Source of the DNA: Longimicrobiales bacterium
Lineage (GTDB): Bacteria; Gemmatimonadota; Gemmatimonadetes; Longimicrobiales; Gaopeijiaceae
Reading direction: 5' to 3'
DNA length: 64,000 nucleotides
Assembly (NCBI GenBank): GCA_965248195.1
Contig: CBDFIQ010000002.1
Coordinates: 512,001-576,000 of the forward strand
Shown here in pieces: positions 60,351-64,000 of the stretch. A model generated the notes under the pieces. That model was not told the origin of the DNA. It worked only from the letters and a program-made list of their open reading frames with translations, and made no database searches. Within the stretch, counting starts at the first letter, position 1, and the number at the start of each line of letters is the position of its first letter. Made by a program: the position numbers and the translations under genes.

Positions 60351-61409
60351 ATCGAGTATTTCTCCCCCAAACTCGAGATCCGTAGGGCCAGCGACTTCGG
60401 GATCGACAACCTGACGGGCTTCTACAGCGCAACTTTCTCACTCGAAGCCGGTGGCTCGCAGGAGGTGAGTGATCCCGAGTACCTGGCGACGGTCGACGAG
60501 TTCGCGGACTGGCTCGACGCCCGTCCGAACGTGGTGCACGTGAACAGTTTCACGCGAACCATGAAGCGTCTGAACATGAACATGCACGCCGACGATCCGG
60601 CCGAGTACGGGCTGCCGATCGAACAGGAGCTGGGTGCCCAATACCTGCTTCTCTACGAGCTGTCGCTCCCCTACGGCCTGGACGTCAACGACCAGATCGA
60701 CCTGGACAAGAGCTCGCTCCGGGTGGACGTCACCTACGGCGACGTCGACGTGAAGATCGTCGAGCAAGAAGTAGCGTTGGCCGAAGCGTGGCTGGCCCGA
60801 AACGGAACGGCAACCATGCGGTCGGCGCGGGCCACGGGCACGCCGTTGATGTTCGCCAAGATCACGCGGCGCAACATCGCCTCCATGCTGCTGGGCACGG
60901 GCCTCGGGTTCATTCTGATCGCGGGCATTCTGATGATTGCGCTGAGGAGTGTGCGGCTGGGCGTGATCAGCCTGGTGCCCAACGTGCTTCCGGCGGCGAT
61001 GGCCTTCGGCGTGTGGGCGATGCTCGTAGGCCAAGTCGGCTTTGCGGTATCGATCGTCGCCGGCCTGTCCATCGGAATCGTCGTGGACGACACGGTGCAC
61101 TTTCTCAGCAAGTACCAGTACGCCCGCCGCACGAAAGATGCGTCTGATGCGGTGCGGTACGCTTTCCGGATGGTCGGGCCCGCCATCCTGGGCACCACGC
61201 TGATCGTGTCCGTCGGTTTCGCGATGCTCGGACTGAGCACATTCCGCGTGACCTCCTACATGGGCCTGCTCACCTCGCTCACTGTGGTGTGCGCCCTGGT
61301 GGTTGATTTCCTACTCCTCCCGGCGATCCTGCTCACGTTCGACCGCCGTGCAGTGAAGTACCCCGTTCCGAACGCTGCCCTCGTGGGCGCCGTGTCCGGC
61401 GCGGACTGA
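60341..61409 (+). pseudogene. MMPL/RND transporter, 3' half
   Basis: QYLLLYELSLP.GLD, SLVPNVLP, GIVVDDTVHF. Confidence 0.88.
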
Positions 61410-61619
61410 TCTCCCTGATGACAACGAACCCCCAATTGAGAGGATGACGAACGATGAAGACGACAATAATTCGCATCGCGATGTCGGCCTTTTGCATGGC
61501 CACCGCGATGATCAAGGCCGCAGACGGTGCGGGCCCTCAGGATTCGGCACGCAGCTCTCGTAGCCGTCGCTGACCGATCTCCCCGATAACGACGAAACCC
61601 TAAAAGAGGATGACGAACG

Positions 61620-62447
61620 ATGAATACGACGAGAAAGACGAAAATGATGCGGACGGCGATGTCGGCCGTCGTGATGGCGGCGGCGACGATCACCCTCGCG
61701 GACGACGCGCGAGCTCAGCTTTCCGCAGACGTACAGGGTCGCGCGATCGCCGAGGAAGCCGACCGGCGCGACTACGGCTGGGGCGACAATTCCACCACGA
61801 TGCGCATGGTGCTGCGCAACCGGAACGGCGACGAGAGCGTGCGTGAGATGCGCAGGCGGGCCCTCGAGACGGAGGAGGCCGGCGCCGGCGACAAGAGCGT
61901 GATCACGTTCGACGCGCCGCGTGACGTGGCCGGCACGTCGCTCCTATCCCACACGAAGATTTTGGATCCGGACGACCAGTGGCTCTTCCTACCGGCCCTG
62001 AAGCGCGTGAAGCGCATCTCCTCGGCCAACAAGTCCGGGCCGTTCGTGGGTAGCGAGTTCGCCTATGAGGATCTCGTCTCCCAGGAGGTCGACAAGTACG
62101 ACTACCGCTTCGTGGGCGAGGAGGCATGCGGCGATCTGGACTGTTACGTGGTTGAGCGCCTGCCGCTGTACGAGAACTCGGGTTACACGAAGCAGATCGT
62201 GTGGTGGGACAGGGACGAGTACCGCGTGCAGCGCATCGATTTCTACGATCGCAAGGATACCCTGTTGAAGACGCTCACCTACCACGATTATGAGCAGTAC
62301 CTCGGCCAGTATTGGCGCCCGAACCTGATGGCGATGGAGAACCACCAGAACGGGAAGAGCACCGACTTGGTGTTCAGCGATTGGACGTTCGATAACGGGT
62401 TCGCCGACGGCGAGTTCACGCCATCGCGTCTTCGCCGCGGGAGGTAG
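61620..62447 (+). CDS. Outer-membrane lipoprotein-sorting protein (LolA-like)
   Basis: DDQWLFLPALKRVKRISS.NKSGPFVGSEFAYED. Confidence 0.88.
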   Translation: MNTTRKTKMMRTAMSAVVMAAATITLADDARAQLSADVQGRAIAEEADRRDYGWGDNSTTMRMVLRNRNGDESVREMRRRALETEEAGAGDKSVITFDAPRDVAGTSLLSHTKILDPDDQWLFLPALKRVKRISSANKSGPFVGSEFAYEDLVSQEVDKYDYRFVGEEACGDLDCYVVERLPLYENSGYTKQIVWWDRDEYRVQRIDFYDRKDTLLKTLTYHDYEQYLGQYWRPNLMAMENHQNGKSTDLVFSDWTFDNGFADGEFTPSRLRRGR

Positions 62448-62459
62448 GGGGCTGTACTC

Positions 62460-63683
62460 ATGAAGACCCCATGGACGCGTGCCCGAATGTGGGCAACGAT
62501 CGCGATATTCGCCGGGGGCGTCGCGCCCCCGGCGGCGGACGCTGTGGCCGGGCAGGAGATCAGGGGCTCGGTCTTCGTCGAGACCCGGATCTTCCCCAAT
62601 GACCCGCTGTTCGCGGTGCAGAGCGACGCGGTCTTCTCCCCGTCGATCGGGCTGGCGCCAGAGTTCATCTGGTGGATGGACGGGGACGGGCTGGAGCTGC
62701 GCGTGACGCCCATGCTGCGCCTGGACGCGCACGACGCGAGTCGCACACACTTCGACTTGCGCGAGTCCAGCGCCTTATGGCTGCGCGACGGATGGACGCT
62801 CATGGCAGGTGTCGGCAAGGTATTCTGGGGCACCACCGAATCGGTGCACCTGGTCGACATCGTGAATCAGACCGACGGCGTGGAGGATATCGATGGCGAG
62901 GACAAGCTCGGCCAGCCGATGGTGAACTTCACGCTGGAGCGGGACTGGGGCGCCCTGGACCTGTTCGTGATGCCGTTCTTCCGCGAGCGCACGTTTCCCG
63001 ACAGCGAGGGCCGCTTGAGCGGCCCCGCCTCGGTGCTGGACGACGCCCTCTACGAGTCCGACGTGGGGCGGTGGCGCCCGGACTTCGCGGCGCGCTGGTC
63101 CCACAGCCTGGGCGACATCGACCTCGGCGTAGCCGGGTTCTACGGCACGAGCCGTGAACCGACCCTGTTGCCCACCGAGGTCGTGAACGGCTTCGCACTG
63201 CAGCCGTACTACACGATCATCGACCAGTTCAGCGTGGACGCCCAATACACGCGGGGAGCCACGTTGTGGAAGCTCGAGGCCATGATGCGCGGCGGGCACG
63301 GAGACCGTTTCGCCGCAGGTGTCTTCGGGGTGGAGCACACTCTCTTCAGCGTGGGGCCCGGGGCGGCCGACCTGGGCCTTCTGGCCGAGGTCATGCTGGA
63401 CGGGCGGGGGGACGACGCCCCCTACACAGCGTTCGACAACGACGTGTTCGTGGGTTTTCGGTGGGCGTTCAATGACGTCCAGGGCACGTCCCTCCTGGGC
63501 GGGCCGATCGTGGATCTCGAGCACGGCGAAACGATCGCGTTCATCGAGGCCGAGCGTCGCTTCGGCGAGCGCTGGATCGGAGCACTCGAGATGCGCCTGC
63601 TCCTCAATACCGACGTCACCGCACCGCTGCACACGCTGCGGCAGGACGACTTCCTGACGTTCAGCCTGAGCCGTTTCTTCTAG
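62460..63683 (+). CDS. Outer-membrane beta-barrel protein
   Basis: Signal peptide, KVFWG..ES.HLVDIVNQTD, terminal Phe. Confidence 0.75.
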   Translation: MKTPWTRARMWATIAIFAGGVAPPAADAVAGQEIRGSVFVETRIFPNDPLFAVQSDAVFSPSIGLAPEFIWWMDGDGLELRVTPMLRLDAHDASRTHFDLRESSALWLRDGWTLMAGVGKVFWGTTESVHLVDIVNQTDGVEDIDGEDKLGQPMVNFTLERDWGALDLFVMPFFRERTFPDSEGRLSGPASVLDDALYESDVGRWRPDFAARWSHSLGDIDLGVAGFYGTSREPTLLPTEVVNGFALQPYYTIIDQFSVDAQYTRGATLWKLEAMMRGGHGDRFAAGVFGVEHTLFSVGPGAADLGLLAEVMLDGRGDDAPYTAFDNDVFVGFRWAFNDVQGTSLLGGPIVDLEHGETIAFIEAERRFGERWIGALEMRLLLNTDVTAPLHTLRQDDFLTFSLSRFF

Positions 63684-64000
63684 GGGGCATCTCGCGCACT
63701 CTAGGTGCGGCGTCTGGGACCAGCCGCCGGCGCCATCCCCTATGATGGGTATCCCTGAACTGTTAAAGTCTGCTTCCCGGTGATTTTAGGTGACACAGAG
63801 CGAGCGATCGGATGGCGGAAAGCTGCGCATGAATACCAGCGATCACGTTCAGTTGATGGACACCACGTTGCGGGACGGCGAGCAGACCCGCGACGTCTCG
63901 TTCTCCATATCGGAAAAGGTCAGTATCGCCAGCGCTTTGCTCCGCTCGCTGCGGGTCGATCGGGTCGAGGTTGCCTCGGCCGCCGTGTCCGCGGGTGAAA

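Noticed and set aside
63780..63998. Terminal short ORF
   Set aside because: No motif or RBS support; window edge.

Overview
GC-rich bacterial DNA; the gene content suggests Gemmatimonadota, but this is inference only. Host part (1-18.7 kb): SusD/RagB C-terminus, stacked ORF-less group IIC intron relics, amidase and deacylase genes, a DUF1592-DUF1552-ankyrin cluster, a metallophosphoesterase, a PQQ dehydrogenase, and a TetR-MMPL(RND)-lipoprotein-sorting-OM protein operon that resumes at 60.3 kb. The MMPL gene is broken twice: by an IS256 (17206-18581, 9-bp TSD) and by a ~41.6 kb lambda-like siphoprophage bounded by the core CGACCACTTC (18722-18731 / 60341-60350). The prophage looks defective: the tape measure is truncated, no tail-tip or lysis genes are recognisable, and it carries four IS insertions. 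It encodes int/xis, RecT/YqaJ, tRNA-fMet, cro/cI, head and tail genes, terminase, a replication module and a C5 methyltransferase. Main observations: (1) the 3' end of cI recurs four times as diverged direct repeats, each heading different cargo (lipoprotein, amidohydrolase, DUF2188/DUF488, three TA pairs), a possible repressor-anchored cassette array; (2) attP lies inside the Cro-direction gene string, so integration separates replication and virion genes from the switch; (3) the methyltransferase has an overprinted second subunit; (4) a novel antisense 3-gene module is duplicated.
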